A model generated the notes under the pieces. The model did not search any database and was not told the DNA's origin. It saw only the letters and a program-made list of their open reading frames with translations. From the IMG/VR virus record IMGVR_UViG_2872477547_000003, positions 89,698 to 153,697 of that record: a stretch of 64,000 nt of DNA; one strand, written 5' to 3'. Source of the stretch: a virus (lineage: Duplodnaviria; Caudoviricetes). The position numbers were made by a program, and so were the translations under genes. Positions 10,610 through 21,465 of the stretch are shown piece after piece (position 1 is the first letter of the stretch; each line of letters starts with the position of its first letter).

Positions 10610-10987
10610 GTGAAAAAGGAATTGAAGATATTGAAAATTAAACCAGCTGCAATCGAAGCCTATAGAAATGATGTTAAAAGGAATTATGACATCGAAGAAG
10701 ACCAGGCTAGAAGAAAATTAACAAGGAATGTAATGTTGGTGAAGGAATTCAGACCTCAAGGAGTTGAGAGGGGTTTTATTTCTAAGACATATTCATATGG
10801 AAATCTCAAGATTACTGTAAGACTTAATACGATCATTAAAGTAAGAAACATTAAAGGCGATCCAGAGCCTTGGCATTTTCCTAAGAAGAGATACATAGAG
10901 TTAAACAAACTACTTGGTATTAGAGATTGTAAGTTTAGTAGTAAGTCACATTATAGAAATAATAAGAATAAAAATAATATCATTTAA
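10610..10987 (+). CDS. YorE-like basic protein
   Basis: 125 aa with AAAGGAGG RBS. Synteny. Confidence 0.7.
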   Translation: MKKELKILKIKPAAIEAYRNDVKRNYDIEEDQARRKLTRNVMLVKEFRPQGVERGFISKTYSYGNLKITVRLNTIIKVRNIKGDPEPWHFPKKRYIELNKLLGIRDCKFSSKSHYRNNKNKNNII

Positions 10988-11000
10988 TTACGGAGGAATA

Positions 11001-12245
11001 GTGTTGAGCAAACTTCAAAATAAATTTGAATTTATTGGTAATATATTCATTTCAAACGACAAAGAGAAATTTCATGAGGTAAAGGAATTTGATAGTGGCT
11101 GGGTTAAGAATAGATTAAGCTTTGCAGTTCAAGAATCTAAAACCAATAGCGTATTTGTTGAGTTGGAAGGTGGTTATTCAAAAAGTAAACCCAATAAAGT
11201 CTACTCTTTCAGTAAGGGAACTGAAAATAAAAAAGGATCTAAACTTGAAATTCCGTGGGAAGATCGGTTAAAAGATGAAACTGTAAATATGGTTGCTGAT
11301 TTTTCAAAAATTATTGTTGATTTTAATGATGAATCTGTAAAAGAAAAATTAAATGACTTGAGATATAAATTGAGAGGTTTAGATAATAAAGACTCGTTAA
11401 CTGAAGAGGAAAAGAAATCACGTTCCAAACTCCTGGATGAATATAAAGAATTAAACGTAAATGGAGCAGAATTCATCCACGAATATGATGCAATTCAATT
11501 CCTATCTGAAAACCTAGAAAAGTATAAGGATAAAAAATTCAAGATTACAGGAAGTGTTGAATATAACACTTGGAATGGCCGTAATTTTAGAAAGTTTAAA
11601 ATCCAAACAATTGAAATTGTAAGCAATGATACACCATCACAGTTAAGAGCTAATTTGGATGTGTTTTATACAAATGATTCACTGGATGAATCATCATTTG
11701 ATGAAGAAAAAAAGTACTTCATTGATGCATATGTGCTTAGTTATGACAATCAGGCGAAAAGGGATCGTTTCTTTCCACAACAACTTGTAATCAATGCGAA
11801 AAAACTTGATTTCAATAATGAACTTCATTTGAAGAGATTAGAATTACTTAAGAACTTTTTTAAAGTAGATGAGGATGGAGTTTATCACCTACTTTGGGAA
11901 GTTAACATTTTTAGAGGAGCAGATGAAGTAGATTTTACTGAAGATGATCTTTCTCCAAACCAAAAAGAAATGATTGCACTCGGTTTAAATACATTGGAAG
12001 ATTTTAAACCTAAAGGGGGAATGTTAGGAGAATCCCGTGAAGAAAACCGACTTTTAAAACCTATTTTAAAAAAGGTCAATGATTCCAATGACTTTACAGA
12101 AGGTGCATTAACAAGCACCTATGAAGTTGAAGATTTAACATATATTCCGCAGCAAGCTCAAAAAACTGCCCCATCAGAATGTAAAGAAGAAAGTAAAGTA
12201 ACTGAAGAAGAAAAAGATAATGCATTTGATGATTTATTTGCTTAA
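11001..12245 (+). CDS. putative single-stranded DNA-binding protein (YorF slot)
   Basis: OB-like beta-rich N-terminus and an acidic C-terminal tail ending FDDLFA. First gene of the replication block. Confidence 0.6.
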   Translation: MLSKLQNKFEFIGNIFISNDKEKFHEVKEFDSGWVKNRLSFAVQESKTNSVFVELEGGYSKSKPNKVYSFSKGTENKKGSKLEIPWEDRLKDETVNMVADFSKIIVDFNDESVKEKLNDLRYKLRGLDNKDSLTEEEKKSRSKLLDEYKELNVNGAEFIHEYDAIQFLSENLEKYKDKKFKITGSVEYNTWNGRNFRKFKIQTIEIVSNDTPSQLRANLDVFYTNDSLDESSFDEEKKYFIDAYVLSYDNQAKRDRFFPQQLVINAKKLDFNNELHLKRLELLKNFFKVDEDGVYHLLWEVNIFRGADEVDFTEDDLSPNQKEMIALGLNTLEDFKPKGGMLGESREENRLLKPILKKVNDSNDFTEGALTSTYEVEDLTYIPQQAQKTAPSECKEESKVTEEEKDNAFDDLFA

Positions 12246-12295
12246 ATGAAAAATCAATTTTACCTCAGTATCGTTATTACATAATACATAAGGAG

Positions 12296-13420
12296 TTGTC
12301 ACATATGGCAAGAAAATTCGGTAAAAAGAATAAAATTAAAGTTAGTCCGTTGGACTATAATATTGGACTTATTGGTGAATCAGGTATCGGTAAAACAACT
12401 CTAGCCAAAGAAGTATGTGAAAAATTAGTTGGTGAAGATGGTTATATGATCCTCAATATTGGAAAAGAGGATGGCGTTGATGCTATTCCCAATGCTTCTT
12501 ATGAAGATGTCCCTGATTGGATAACTTTTAATGAAATCACTAAGGATATTATCAAAAACAGAACAACAGACTATGCGGATTTAAAGGTTTTAGTATATGA
12601 CACATTTGATGAGCTTATTAAAATCACAGAACCAGAGGTTATTCGATTACATAATAAAGCCAATCCTGAAAAAAGAGTAAATACAATCAAAGCTGCTTTT
12701 GGGGGGTTTCAAGCAGGGGAAGATAAAGCTATTGAGTTAATTCTTGATAAGATGTGGGAACTAAAAAAAGTGGGTATCAGCATGTTTATCTTAGGTCATA
12801 CAAAGAAAAGAACAATGACTGACGTAGTTACAGGTCTAGAATATGACATGTTAACAACAAACATGACCCATAAGTACTTTAATTCAATTAAGACAAAGCT
12901 CCACGTTTTAGGAGTCGCTTCTATTAATCGTTCTATTGAAAAGAAAACAGTTAAGCAAAAAATTGGCCCAGACAAAACAATTGGAACAGTTGTGGATGAA
13001 TCACGAATTATTACGTTCAGAGATGACAACTTTAATATCGATTCTAAATCTAGATTCTCAGATATCACACCTTCAATTGCTTTAGATGACAATGAGTTTA
13101 TCAAAGCTATTCAAGAAGCGATTCATTTAGCTTTTGATAAACAAAAAAATATCACTAACAATTTCGAGGAAGAAAGAAAAGAACAAGAGCAACTTAAAGA
13201 AACTAAAATTCAGAATGAAGCTAATAACGCTTCATTTGTTGATCAAGAAGAGAATGAGAAATTAGCAGACGAAATCAAAAAACTGTTTCCAAATGCCAGT
13301 GATGAGGCCAAAGAGAAGATGAAACAGATTATGGATCAGTTTAAAATGAAGGATTTCAAAGGCGTAGACACTATTCCAACTAATGCATTTGAAAAGATAG
13401 TCGATGCGTTGTCTAACTGA
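12296..13420 (+). CDS. AAA/Sak4-like ATPase (YorG slot)
   Basis: Walker A GESGIGKTT and Walker B VLVYDT. Confidence 0.8.
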   Translation: MSHMARKFGKKNKIKVSPLDYNIGLIGESGIGKTTLAKEVCEKLVGEDGYMILNIGKEDGVDAIPNASYEDVPDWITFNEITKDIIKNRTTDYADLKVLVYDTFDELIKITEPEVIRLHNKANPEKRVNTIKAAFGGFQAGEDKAIELILDKMWELKKVGISMFILGHTKKRTMTDVVTGLEYDMLTTNMTHKYFNSIKTKLHVLGVASINRSIEKKTVKQKIGPDKTIGTVVDESRIITFRDDNFNIDSKSRFSDITPSIALDDNEFIKAIQEAIHLAFDKQKNITNNFEEERKEQEQLKETKIQNEANNASFVDQEENEKLADEIKKLFPNASDEAKEKMKQIMDQFKMKDFKGVDTIPTNAFEKIVDALSN

Positions 13421-13472
13421 ACACACATAAGGGGAGCTAAGCTCCCCATTAAATTAATTAGGGAGTGTTTTC

Positions 13473-14024
13473 TTGGCTAGAAAGTGTGTATGTCAATTAT
13501 GTAAAGCAAATGGAACAGTAGATGTTTTTTATAAGGTTACTGATACAAAAGGTAGGAATAAATATTATTGCAACAAAGATGAATATGAAAACTTTAAAAA
13601 TGAAAAGCTGAAACGCAAAAATCTTTTATATTACCTTTCTAAAGAAGTATTCCACTATAAGGATGGACAAGTGCTGCCACCTGTTTTTCTAAAGAAGATA
13701 GGTGAACTTAATAAGTTTTATGATTATGAAGTGATACAAAAATGCTTTGAGAAGAACCAAGAAACAATTCAATATTGGTTGATCAACAAAGAATTTAACA
13801 ATGAATTTGGAATGATCAGCTATATTTTTAAGATCATAGAAAGTAATATCAATGATTTCTATAAGTTATGGTCTCTGGAACAAAACCGTAAAAATAAAGA
13901 AGAAAATAATCAAATTGATATAACAATTATGAATCAATTTAATGATTCAAAACCTTCATCTTTGAAACAAAATAATTCCGCGAAAAATATAACAGCGTTT
14001 CTTGATGAGGAGGATAATTATTGA
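13473..14024 (+). CDS. Zn-finger protein, possible helicase loader (YorH slot)
   Basis: N-terminal CVCQLC...YYC. Lies directly before the helicase. Confidence 0.6.
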   Translation: MARKCVCQLCKANGTVDVFYKVTDTKGRNKYYCNKDEYENFKNEKLKRKNLLYYLSKEVFHYKDGQVLPPVFLKKIGELNKFYDYEVIQKCFEKNQETIQYWLINKEFNNEFGMISYIFKIIESNINDFYKLWSLEQNRKNKEENNQIDITIMNQFNDSKPSSLKQNNSAKNITAFLDEEDNY

Positions 14025-15502
14025 ACAACTTAGATTCATATCCGGCTAAACTAGTGGAAAATAGAGGACAAATTGAAGGAAGTTTTATATTTTGCTTATG
14101 GAAAAATCCTGACTTATATGAAGACTATAAAGATGAAGTTAGAGCAGACAGAGATTTTTTGACGGATGATGGTAAGTTTTATTACTCTCTTGGTTTGGAA
14201 CTGAGTAACATGAATTACAAAAGCTTTGATGATGCAAGTGTTTTCAGCTATATAGAAGGTAAAGAAACATTAAAGAACGGTTTTATCCGAAGAGGTGGTA
14301 TGAAAACTGTAGATGAGCTCAAAAACGTGTTGAACGATGAAAACGTTGATACCTATTATGATGAGCTTATTAAATATAATATGCTACTCAAGCTTCATGA
14401 TAAAGGATTCAATGTAATACATGAACTTGAAAAATTCAAGAAAATGACAAGTCAGCAATTATACAGTTACTTTGAATTTCAATTAGATAATGTTTTCTTA
14501 GGTCGCGGATCTGGAGTGAAAATTGAAGAGCTCGACTTGGATGATAAGTTTGTTGAATCTATTGAAAACGGCGAAGAAATGGGATTGAGTTATGCAGCAG
14601 CATGTCCTTTATTAAATTATCATACGCTCGGTCTTCATAAATCCAATGTTCAAATTTTTGCTGGGTTCAGTGGAACTGGTAAAACAAGCTTTTGTGTATC
14701 TTCCTATGTGATGTCAATTTTAGATCAGGGAGAAAGGATAACAATCATAGCCAATGAAATGAACAAGAGAGCTTGGCAACATATGTTCATGGCAACAATA
14801 TTAAGTCATAAACTTGGTTACTATGGTTTACCTCGAAAGAAACAAAAAATGGGTAACCTAAAACAAGAGCAGAGAGAAATGCTGCAAAAAGCTGTTGAGT
14901 ACTATGAGAAATATTATAAAGGACGCATTAAGTTTGCAAAAATTTATGATTACAGCATTAATGATGTAAAAAGAATTATGAGAAGAATGGCAAAACAAGG
15001 GTTTGGATACATGCTTTACGATACATTTAAAGCAGAAGATGCTTCTTCTAATAATGTAACAGGGGAACTAATTGAAGCTTCTAAACAGCTCTTACAGGTT
15101 GCAGAGAAGGAAGACATTTGTGTCATCATTACAATGCAATTAGCAATTTATATGGAAAACACGAGATATTTAACAGCATCTTGTCTTTCCAATGCCAAGG
15201 CAGTAAAAGAAATTGTATCGGAGTTAGTACTTACAAGACCATTATGGGATGACGAGTTTCCAGGCGGAAAGTTTGATGTTAAACCATATAGATTTAAAAA
15301 AGACTCTTCTGGAAAGTATACAAACATTAAGGAAGAAATTCAGTTAGATACAAACAAAAAATATAGGTTATTCTTTTTGAATAAGACACGGAATGATGAA
15401 GGAGATACAGTGTTACTTTATCAATTCGATGGTGCCTGGAATAAATGGATTGAACTTGGCTATTGTACCCCTAAGCATCAGCGAACATCAGAGCGGACAT
15501 GA
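14021..15502 (+). CDS. DnaB-like replicative helicase (YorI slot)
   Basis: Walker A GFSGTGKTS, IIANEM, YDT, and KTR arginine finger. Confidence 0.85.
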   Translation: MNNLDSYPAKLVENRGQIEGSFIFCLWKNPDLYEDYKDEVRADRDFLTDDGKFYYSLGLELSNMNYKSFDDASVFSYIEGKETLKNGFIRRGGMKTVDELKNVLNDENVDTYYDELIKYNMLLKLHDKGFNVIHELEKFKKMTSQQLYSYFEFQLDNVFLGRGSGVKIEELDLDDKFVESIENGEEMGLSYAAACPLLNYHTLGLHKSNVQIFAGFSGTGKTSFCVSSYVMSILDQGERITIIANEMNKRAWQHMFMATILSHKLGYYGLPRKKQKMGNLKQEQREMLQKAVEYYEKYYKGRIKFAKIYDYSINDVKRIMRRMAKQGFGYMLYDTFKAEDASSNNVTGELIEASKQLLQVAEKEDICVIITMQLAIYMENTRYLTASCLSNAKAVKEIVSELVLTRPLWDDEFPGGKFDVKPYRFKKDSSGKYTNIKEEIQLDTNKKYRLFFLNKTRNDEGDTVLLYQFDGAWNKWIELGYCTPKHQRTSERT

Positions 15503-15523
15503 TTACCAAAGGAAGGTGAGATC

Positions 15524-16540
15524 ATGGACGTATATAATCTTAAAAATCATATTATCAAAAAACCAGAATACATAGAGCTTATTTTAGAAGAGACAGGTTT
15601 TTATAATATCGATAACAGAGGAAACGAATATAGGTGTGCAAGAAAAGAGGGAAGAAACCCGACTTCAGTTAAAATCAATAAAACAACTTTAAGTGCGATA
15701 TGTTACTCAACAAATTTAAATGGTGACTTAATTACACTTGTTAAGGACAAATTAGGTTTAACTTTTCCTAAAACAATTAACAAAATAGCTGAATTAATTG
15801 ACTACAAAGATGAAGAGCAGTATGAACCACCCAAGATTCCATTTGGAGGATTTTATAAGAAGATAAGGAAATTTAGCAATCCCATCGATATAGATCTTGA
15901 AACATATTCTGAAGACATATTGGATCAGTTTGAACAAATTCCAAATATGTTATTTTATAAAGATGGCATTTTACCAAAAACTCAATCTATGTTTCAGATT
16001 GGCTATGATAGTGTTACGGGAAGAATTACCGTTCCTTGGAAAACATTTAGTGGTGAGTTATGTGGTGTTATGGGACGTTTAAATAAAAAGACCATTAGTG
16101 AAGATGAGACCAAGTGGTTACCAATCATTCCTTTTCCAAAGTCTAAAACGCTGTATGGATTTGTTGAGAATTACAGTTCAATTAGAGAAAAAGGAATAAT
16201 AATGCTTGGTGAGTCAGAAAAACATACTATGGCTTTATCCAGCAAAGGTTTGAATGTTGGAGTTTCATTAGGAGGCAGCTTCTTAAGTGAAGTTCAAGCA
16301 AATAATATAAAATCGATGTTTCCAAAGAAGTCATTAATAATGATGGATGAAGGGCTTGATGAAGAACATAGTTTAACAATTGCTAAAAGCCTTAAGTTTG
16401 AAAACTTTTTCAAGAATGAGGTTGGATACATATTCGATCGAGAGAACAAGTACCTGCCGAAAGGTTCAAAAATGGCACCGGCTGATCTAGATAAAAGGAG
16501 TCTTGAATGTTTAATAAGAGACTGTACGGTATGGATATAA
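15524..16540 (+). CDS. DNA primase (TOPRIM; YorJ slot)
   Basis: RITVP...GVMGR and LYG, with TOPRIM GESEKH and MDEGLD. Confidence 0.8.
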   Translation: MDVYNLKNHIIKKPEYIELILEETGFYNIDNRGNEYRCARKEGRNPTSVKINKTTLSAICYSTNLNGDLITLVKDKLGLTFPKTINKIAELIDYKDEEQYEPPKIPFGGFYKKIRKFSNPIDIDLETYSEDILDQFEQIPNMLFYKDGILPKTQSMFQIGYDSVTGRITVPWKTFSGELCGVMGRLNKKTISEDETKWLPIIPFPKSKTLYGFVENYSSIREKGIIMLGESEKHTMALSSKGLNVGVSLGGSFLSEVQANNIKSMFPKKSLIMMDEGLDEEHSLTIAKSLKFENFFKNEVGYIFDRENKYLPKGSKMAPADLDKRSLECLIRDCTVWI

Positions 16541-16556
16541 AAGAGGGGATGATTGA

Positions 16557-17618
16557 TTGAAAGATAAATTAAATGAACTAAGGGAACAAGGAAAAAACAT
16601 TTATTCCTTTTCCAAGCTTGGAACTTTTAATAACTGTGAATACGAATATTACAATACATACGTTTTGAAAAAGAAAGGTATCGATAACATATATACACTT
16701 ATGGGGTCTGAATTACATAATGGAATTGAGAAGATTTATAAAAATGAATTAGACATTAAGAAGTTTAAAAAGGACTTTGAAAATAGATTAATTGAATTAG
16801 AAATGAATGGAGTTAGTTTTCCAAGTGAATCAATCGGAGACAGCTGGAAAGCTGATGTCGGTCATTTCATGAACAACTTCAATAAGATCGACAGTAAAAT
16901 GATTTTAGAGAAGCTAATGGTATTTGAAATCGCAGAAGGAATTTACCTTCAGGGTTATGTGGATGCTATTCTTCCAAGTGAAAAAGGTAAGCCGTATGTA
17001 AGTATTTATGACTGGAAGACATCAAGTAAATTTACTGGAAAGAAACTTAATGAGGCAGGAAGACAATTGTTAATGTACAAGCTTGCACTTGAGCAGACAA
17101 CAAATTTAAAAGTGGACAAAATCCTGTGGTTCATGGTGAAGTATGTTTATGTTTGTACACATGGAAAAACCAAAGTAATAAAGAAAATGTGTAACAGAGG
17201 TAAATGGGTCAAGGAAATGCGCAAGCAACTGGAAAAACAAATGAAGAACCTCAGATATGACGACTTTGAAATTGAGCTAATGTTAGATAATGCAGTAAAA
17301 GAAAACACCCTAAACAGCTTACCCGAAGAGGTTAAGAATAAGTTTTGGCTCGAAGATTGTACAGTTGAATATGAGGTCACAGATGAAAAGGTTAATGAGT
17401 TGAAGAACTATATTACTGACACTGTTGAGAGGATCGAAAATAAAGATCGTGAAGATGAGAAGCAATGGCAGCCAGTAAAAATAAATAAATATAATTCCTT
17501 TTACTGCAGTGTATTATGTGGACATCGTAAAACATGTAAGTTCTATAAAGAGTTTTTAGAGTCAAATAAATTTGAGAAAAAGAACAAAACTGATATGTTT
17601 GATAACTTATTTTCTTAG
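16557..17618 (+). CDS. PD-(D/E)XK nuclease, Cas4/AddB-like with Fe-S cysteines
   Basis: SFSKL...C, GYVD...IYDWKT, QLLMY, and C-terminal CSVLCGHRKTC. Confidence 0.85.
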   Translation: MKDKLNELREQGKNIYSFSKLGTFNNCEYEYYNTYVLKKKGIDNIYTLMGSELHNGIEKIYKNELDIKKFKKDFENRLIELEMNGVSFPSESIGDSWKADVGHFMNNFNKIDSKMILEKLMVFEIAEGIYLQGYVDAILPSEKGKPYVSIYDWKTSSKFTGKKLNEAGRQLLMYKLALEQTTNLKVDKILWFMVKYVYVCTHGKTKVIKKMCNRGKWVKEMRKQLEKQMKNLRYDDFEIELMLDNAVKENTLNSLPEEVKNKFWLEDCTVEYEVTDEKVNELKNYITDTVERIENKDREDEKQWQPVKINKYNSFYCSVLCGHRKTCKFYKEFLESNKFEKKNKTDMFDNLFS

Positions 17619-17627
17619 GAGGATTTA

Positions 17628-19352
17628 ATGAGAAAAATATTCTATGACTTTGAAGTCTTCAAGCACGACTGGATGGTTGTCTTGATTGATTATGATACTA
17701 AAAAAGGAAAAGTTATCGTTAACGATTCAGAAGAACTTAAAAAGTTTTATAGGATGTTTAAAGAAGATATTTGGATTGGTTATAACTCAAGAATGTATGA
17801 TCAATATATTCTCAAAGGAATCTTATTGGGGATGAATCCTCACTTTATCAGTACTAGAATCATTAAGGATAATGTAAAAGCATTTAATGTTGTTAGAGAA
17901 GCATATAAGATTCCTTTAAATAACTTTGATATAACAACGGGCTTTCATAGTTTAAAGCAGCTTGAAGGTTTTATGGGATCAAGAATCAAGGAGTCATCTG
18001 TACCCTTTGATATTGACAGAAAGTTAACTGAGGAAGAGATAAGGGAAGTAATTGATTATTGTATTCATGACGTGAAACAGACTATTGAAGTATTTGACAA
18101 TAAAAAAGAGGAATTTGAAAGTCAATTGGCATTAATCGAAGCGTTTAATTTAAAGATGTCTATGTTCACAAAAACAAAGGCTCAATTATCAGCATTTATA
18201 TTAGGAGCTGAAAAACAAGGTAATCGAGGAGATGAGTTTAACCTTGTGTTCCCGGATACTTTGAAGATTGAAAAATACAAACATATTGTGGATTGGTACA
18301 AGAATCCTGAGAATCTGGATTATTCTAAAAAGCTTGAGGTTGAAGTTGCTGGTGTTCCTCATATATTCGCATGGGGTGGTTTACATGGAGCACTTCCAAA
18401 GTACAAAGACGAGGGAATTATTTTATGCTGCGATGTAGCATCTCTGTATCCTTCAATAATGATTGAATATGGTTATATAAGTCGTAATGTAACAAATCCA
18501 TTAAAGTATACGGAGATTAGAGATACTCGTTTAGATCTAAAAAGAAAAAAAGATCCTAAACAAGCTCCTTATAAGATCGTTTTAAATTCAACTTATGGAG
18601 CTATGAAAGATCAGTATAATCCTTTGTATGACCCTTTAATGGCTAATAATGTATGTTTAGCAGGGCAGTTATTGTTGTTAGATTTAATTGAAAAAATTGA
18701 GCCATATTGTAAGTTGATTCAGTCAAATACAGATGGTTTGTTTATGAAAGTCGAGAAAGAATCTGATATTGATTTGATTAAGGATATTGCTAAAGAGTGG
18801 GAAACAAGAACTCGGTTAGACCTGGAGTGGGATGTTTATGAAAAGATTTATCAAAAGGACGTAAACAATTACATTATTATTGATAAAGATCAAAAGTATA
18901 AATCCAAGGGGGCATATGTAAAGAAACTTAATAACCTGGATTATGACCTGCCTATTGTTAACAAAGCAATGATTGAGTACTTTACAAAAGCAATTCCAGT
19001 TGAGGAAACCATCAATGGATGTAATGAACTTAGAGAATTCCAGAAGATTTCTAAGGTTTCAAACAAGTACATGTATGCTCTCCATGGGGAAGATAAGTTA
19101 CCTGAAAGAGTATTGAGGGTATTTGCTTCTAAAGAAGAGGATGCCAAAGGTGTATTTAAAGTGAAAACAGAAGATCGTATTGAGAAGATTGGTAATACTC
19201 CACCTCGCTGCTTTATTAATAATGATAATATTAAAAATGAAAAGGTTCCTGATTATCTTGATAAAGAATATTATATTGAAATGGCCAAAAAACGTATCAA
19301 TGATTACCTTGGCATATCGAACAGAAAGAAAAAAGCAAAGAAAGAGAAGTGA
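17628..19352 (+). CDS. family B DNA polymerase
   Basis: Exonuclease motifs YDFE, GYNSRMYD and YCIHDV. Polymerase motifs DVASLYPS, KIVLNSTYG and NTDG. Confidence 0.92.
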   Translation: MRKIFYDFEVFKHDWMVVLIDYDTKKGKVIVNDSEELKKFYRMFKEDIWIGYNSRMYDQYILKGILLGMNPHFISTRIIKDNVKAFNVVREAYKIPLNNFDITTGFHSLKQLEGFMGSRIKESSVPFDIDRKLTEEEIREVIDYCIHDVKQTIEVFDNKKEEFESQLALIEAFNLKMSMFTKTKAQLSAFILGAEKQGNRGDEFNLVFPDTLKIEKYKHIVDWYKNPENLDYSKKLEVEVAGVPHIFAWGGLHGALPKYKDEGIILCCDVASLYPSIMIEYGYISRNVTNPLKYTEIRDTRLDLKRKKDPKQAPYKIVLNSTYGAMKDQYNPLYDPLMANNVCLAGQLLLLDLIEKIEPYCKLIQSNTDGLFMKVEKESDIDLIKDIAKEWETRTRLDLEWDVYEKIYQKDVNNYIIIDKDQKYKSKGAYVKKLNNLDYDLPIVNKAMIEYFTKAIPVEETINGCNELREFQKISKVSNKYMYALHGEDKLPERVLRVFASKEEDAKGVFKVKTEDRIEKIGNTPPRCFINNDNIKNEKVPDYLDKEYYIEMAKKRINDYLGISNRKKKAKKEK

Positions 19353-20065
19353 TACGCATCAACATTAAGAATAAAAATAAAATTATATCATATACATCGA
19401 AAACTAAATATGCTATGATGATTTTAATCCCATTGGTTACCTTTTCATACATAAGTGCTGAGCAACATTATTTAGATACAGGAAACAATAAAAACTCAAT
19501 AAAAGAATCATTTTATGGAAAACCAAAACTAATCAACATACCACAACACAAGAATCTGGTGCTAAATAAGTTTGCTGAAATTGTTAAAGAGCAGAAAACT
19601 AAACAGGAAAAGCGGCGAGAAGCTATTCTTAACGCAGCTATTATTAAACCCAAACCAGTGAAAAAGAAAAGTATCAAGAAGGGAGGTGAGGGTAAGAACA
19701 AGAATAAACAAATAAAGAATAAAAATAAAATCACATATGAGGAAAATGATGATGCTAGGACACTAGATATCGAATTTAGCGCATATGTTGCTAACTGTAC
19801 CGAAGGCTGCACAGGTCGAACCAAAACTGGCGTAGATGTAACACAATCAATTTTTTACAAAGGTTATAGAGTAATAGCTACAGATCCAAGTATTATTCCA
19901 CTTAACTCCGTAGTATTAATAAAAGTAGGAGGGAGTTCATTTAAGGCCATAGCCATTGATACAGGTGGAGCGATTGTTGGCAATAAAGTGGACTTGCTGG
20001 TATCAAATGAACAGGATGCAATTAACTTCGGAAGACAACATGGAACGGTTTCAATTATTAATTAG
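19349..20065 (+). CDS. yorM: membrane-anchored 3D-domain protein (cell-wall hydrolase-like)
   Basis: SAY...CTG.TKTG, IATDPSIIPL and AIDTGGAIVGNKVD motifs. 238 aa. Confidence 0.85.
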   Translation: MIRINIKNKNKIISYTSKTKYAMMILIPLVTFSYISAEQHYLDTGNNKNSIKESFYGKPKLINIPQHKNLVLNKFAEIVKEQKTKQEKRREAILNAAIIKPKPVKKKSIKKGGEGKNKNKQIKNKNKITYEENDDARTLDIEFSAYVANCTEGCTGRTKTGVDVTQSIFYKGYRVIATDPSIIPLNSVVLIKVGGSSFKAIAIDTGGAIVGNKVDLLVSNEQDAINFGRQHGTVSIIN

Positions 20066-20076
20066 GGGGTATTAAA

Positions 20077-20292
20077 TTGCCTAAATACTGGAGTTATCCT
20101 GTTGGACTAGCTATAGAAATTAACAATAATGCACGATATGGCTGTCCTCATCATGTTGGAAGAAAAGGAAAGATTATTGAGCATTTGCATTCAGCTACAT
20201 ATGACTATGCAGTTAGCGATGAAACAGGTGACATTACCTACTTTAAAGAACATGAATTAACACCACTAAAGGGAGGTTTAACTTATGTTTAA
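20077..20292 (+). CDS. yorP: YorP family protein
   Basis: 71 aa, SH3-like sequence MPKYWSYPVG. Synteny. Confidence 0.75.
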   Translation: MPKYWSYPVGLAIEINNNARYGCPHHVGRKGKIIEHLHSATYDYAVSDETGDITYFKEHELTPLKGGLTYV

Positions 20293-20440
20293 AAAAGGTC
20301 AAAAAGTAATTGTTGATTTTACAGATGAGATTGGAGCTGTTGCTAAAGTTGATTATCGATACAACCAGGTAGAAGTAAAGTACCCTGATGGCACTTACCA
20401 GGTTGTTGGATTTCATAAAGTAAGAAAGGTGGGGGATTAA
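20285..20440 (+). CDS. YorQ-like small protein (51 aa, not in the ORF track)
   Basis: GGAGG RBS. MFKKGQKVIVDF...RKVGD. Confidence 0.65.
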   Translation: MFKKGQKVIVDFTDEIGAVAKVDYRYNQVEVKYPDGTYQVVGFHKVRKVGD

Positions 20441-20937
20441 TGACATTAATTATCTTGGAGGGGCCTGATTGCTGCTTTAAATCAACAGTTGCAGCAAAGC
20501 TAAGCAAAGAACTGAAGTACCCAATTATCAAAGGTTCAAGCTTTGAGTTGGCCACAAGCGGGAATGAGAAATTATTTGAGCACTTCAACAAATTAGCTGA
20601 TGAAGACAACGTGATTATTGACAGGTTTGTTTATTCTAACTTGGTATACGCAAAGAAATTTAAAGATTACTCGATCCTTACAGAGCAACAGCTTAGATTT
20701 ATTGAGGATAAAATTAAAGTAAAAGCGAAGGTTGTATACTTACACGCTGATCCAAGTATTATTAAGGAACGGTTAAGCGTACGGGGAGATGAGTACATAG
20801 AAGGAAAAGACATTGATTCAATTTTGGGGTTATACAGAGAAGTTATGAGCAGTGCTGGATTACATACATATTCATGGGATACAGGACAATGGGGCAGCGA
20901 TGAGATTGTTGAAGATTTGCTTCAATTATTTGAGTAA
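20440..20937 (+). CDS. yorR: nucleotide kinase-like P-loop protein
   Basis: LIILEGPDCCFKST and IIDR. 165 aa. Confidence 0.8.
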   Translation: MTLIILEGPDCCFKSTVAAKLSKELKYPIIKGSSFELATSGNEKLFEHFNKLADEDNVIIDRFVYSNLVYAKKFKDYSILTEQQLRFIEDKIKVKAKVVYLHADPSIIKERLSVRGDEYIEGKDIDSILGLYREVMSSAGLHTYSWDTGQWGSDEIVEDLLQLFE

Positions 20938-20976
20938 AACAAAGAGGGAAGGAGTGAACTAGCACTCCTTAGTTAA

Positions 20977-21324
20977 CTACCGTGGTTCTACTGTGATTTT
21001 ATAAATAACATAATTATCATTAATATCGTATGCATAAATCACTGCTGTGCCCAATGTTGAATGAGAAGAAACAACACCGCCGGAACTAATGCTAATGAGG
21101 TTACTTCCAGATACTATTTCCCATCGGGTGTAACCTGTTAATAGGGAAACGTTAGAATTCCTTAACATGTGGAAATCAACTGTACCAATCGGATCGCCTA
21201 GTTGTTTAACTTGGTCAACTGATTTAACAGGCGTAAGAGCTGAGGCTTGTGATGTGAAAGCAGGGAGAGCCAGAGTGGTTAGAGATAAGGCAGAAACAAT
21301 CAATCCTTTGTAAAACTTTTTCAT
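20977..21324 (-). CDS. secreted protein with Ig-like beta domain
   Basis: Signal peptide ending ASA, beta-rich mature part, GGAGG RBS. Confidence 0.7.
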   Translation of the reverse strand: MKKFYKGLIVSALSLTTLALPAFTSQASALTPVKSVDQVKQLGDPIGTVDFHMLRNSNVSLLTGYTRWEIVSGSNLISISSGGVVSSHSTLGTAVIYAYDINDNYVIYKITVEPR

Positions 21325-21465
21325 AAGAATTACCTCCCAGGTTTTGATTGTGATACAACTCTAGTCTAGCATGTAAAATATTTGAAATGTGTGAAGTGTT
21401 TGTGAAACTGATTAAAATATCTCTTTTAAAGAGAAAGAAAAGAATGTCAAAAAAGGAGAGATTAA

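Noticed and set aside
16557-17618. Cas4-like nuclease as evidence of CRISPR-Cas
   Set aside because: It is embedded in a phage replication operon, with no cas1/cas2 or array.
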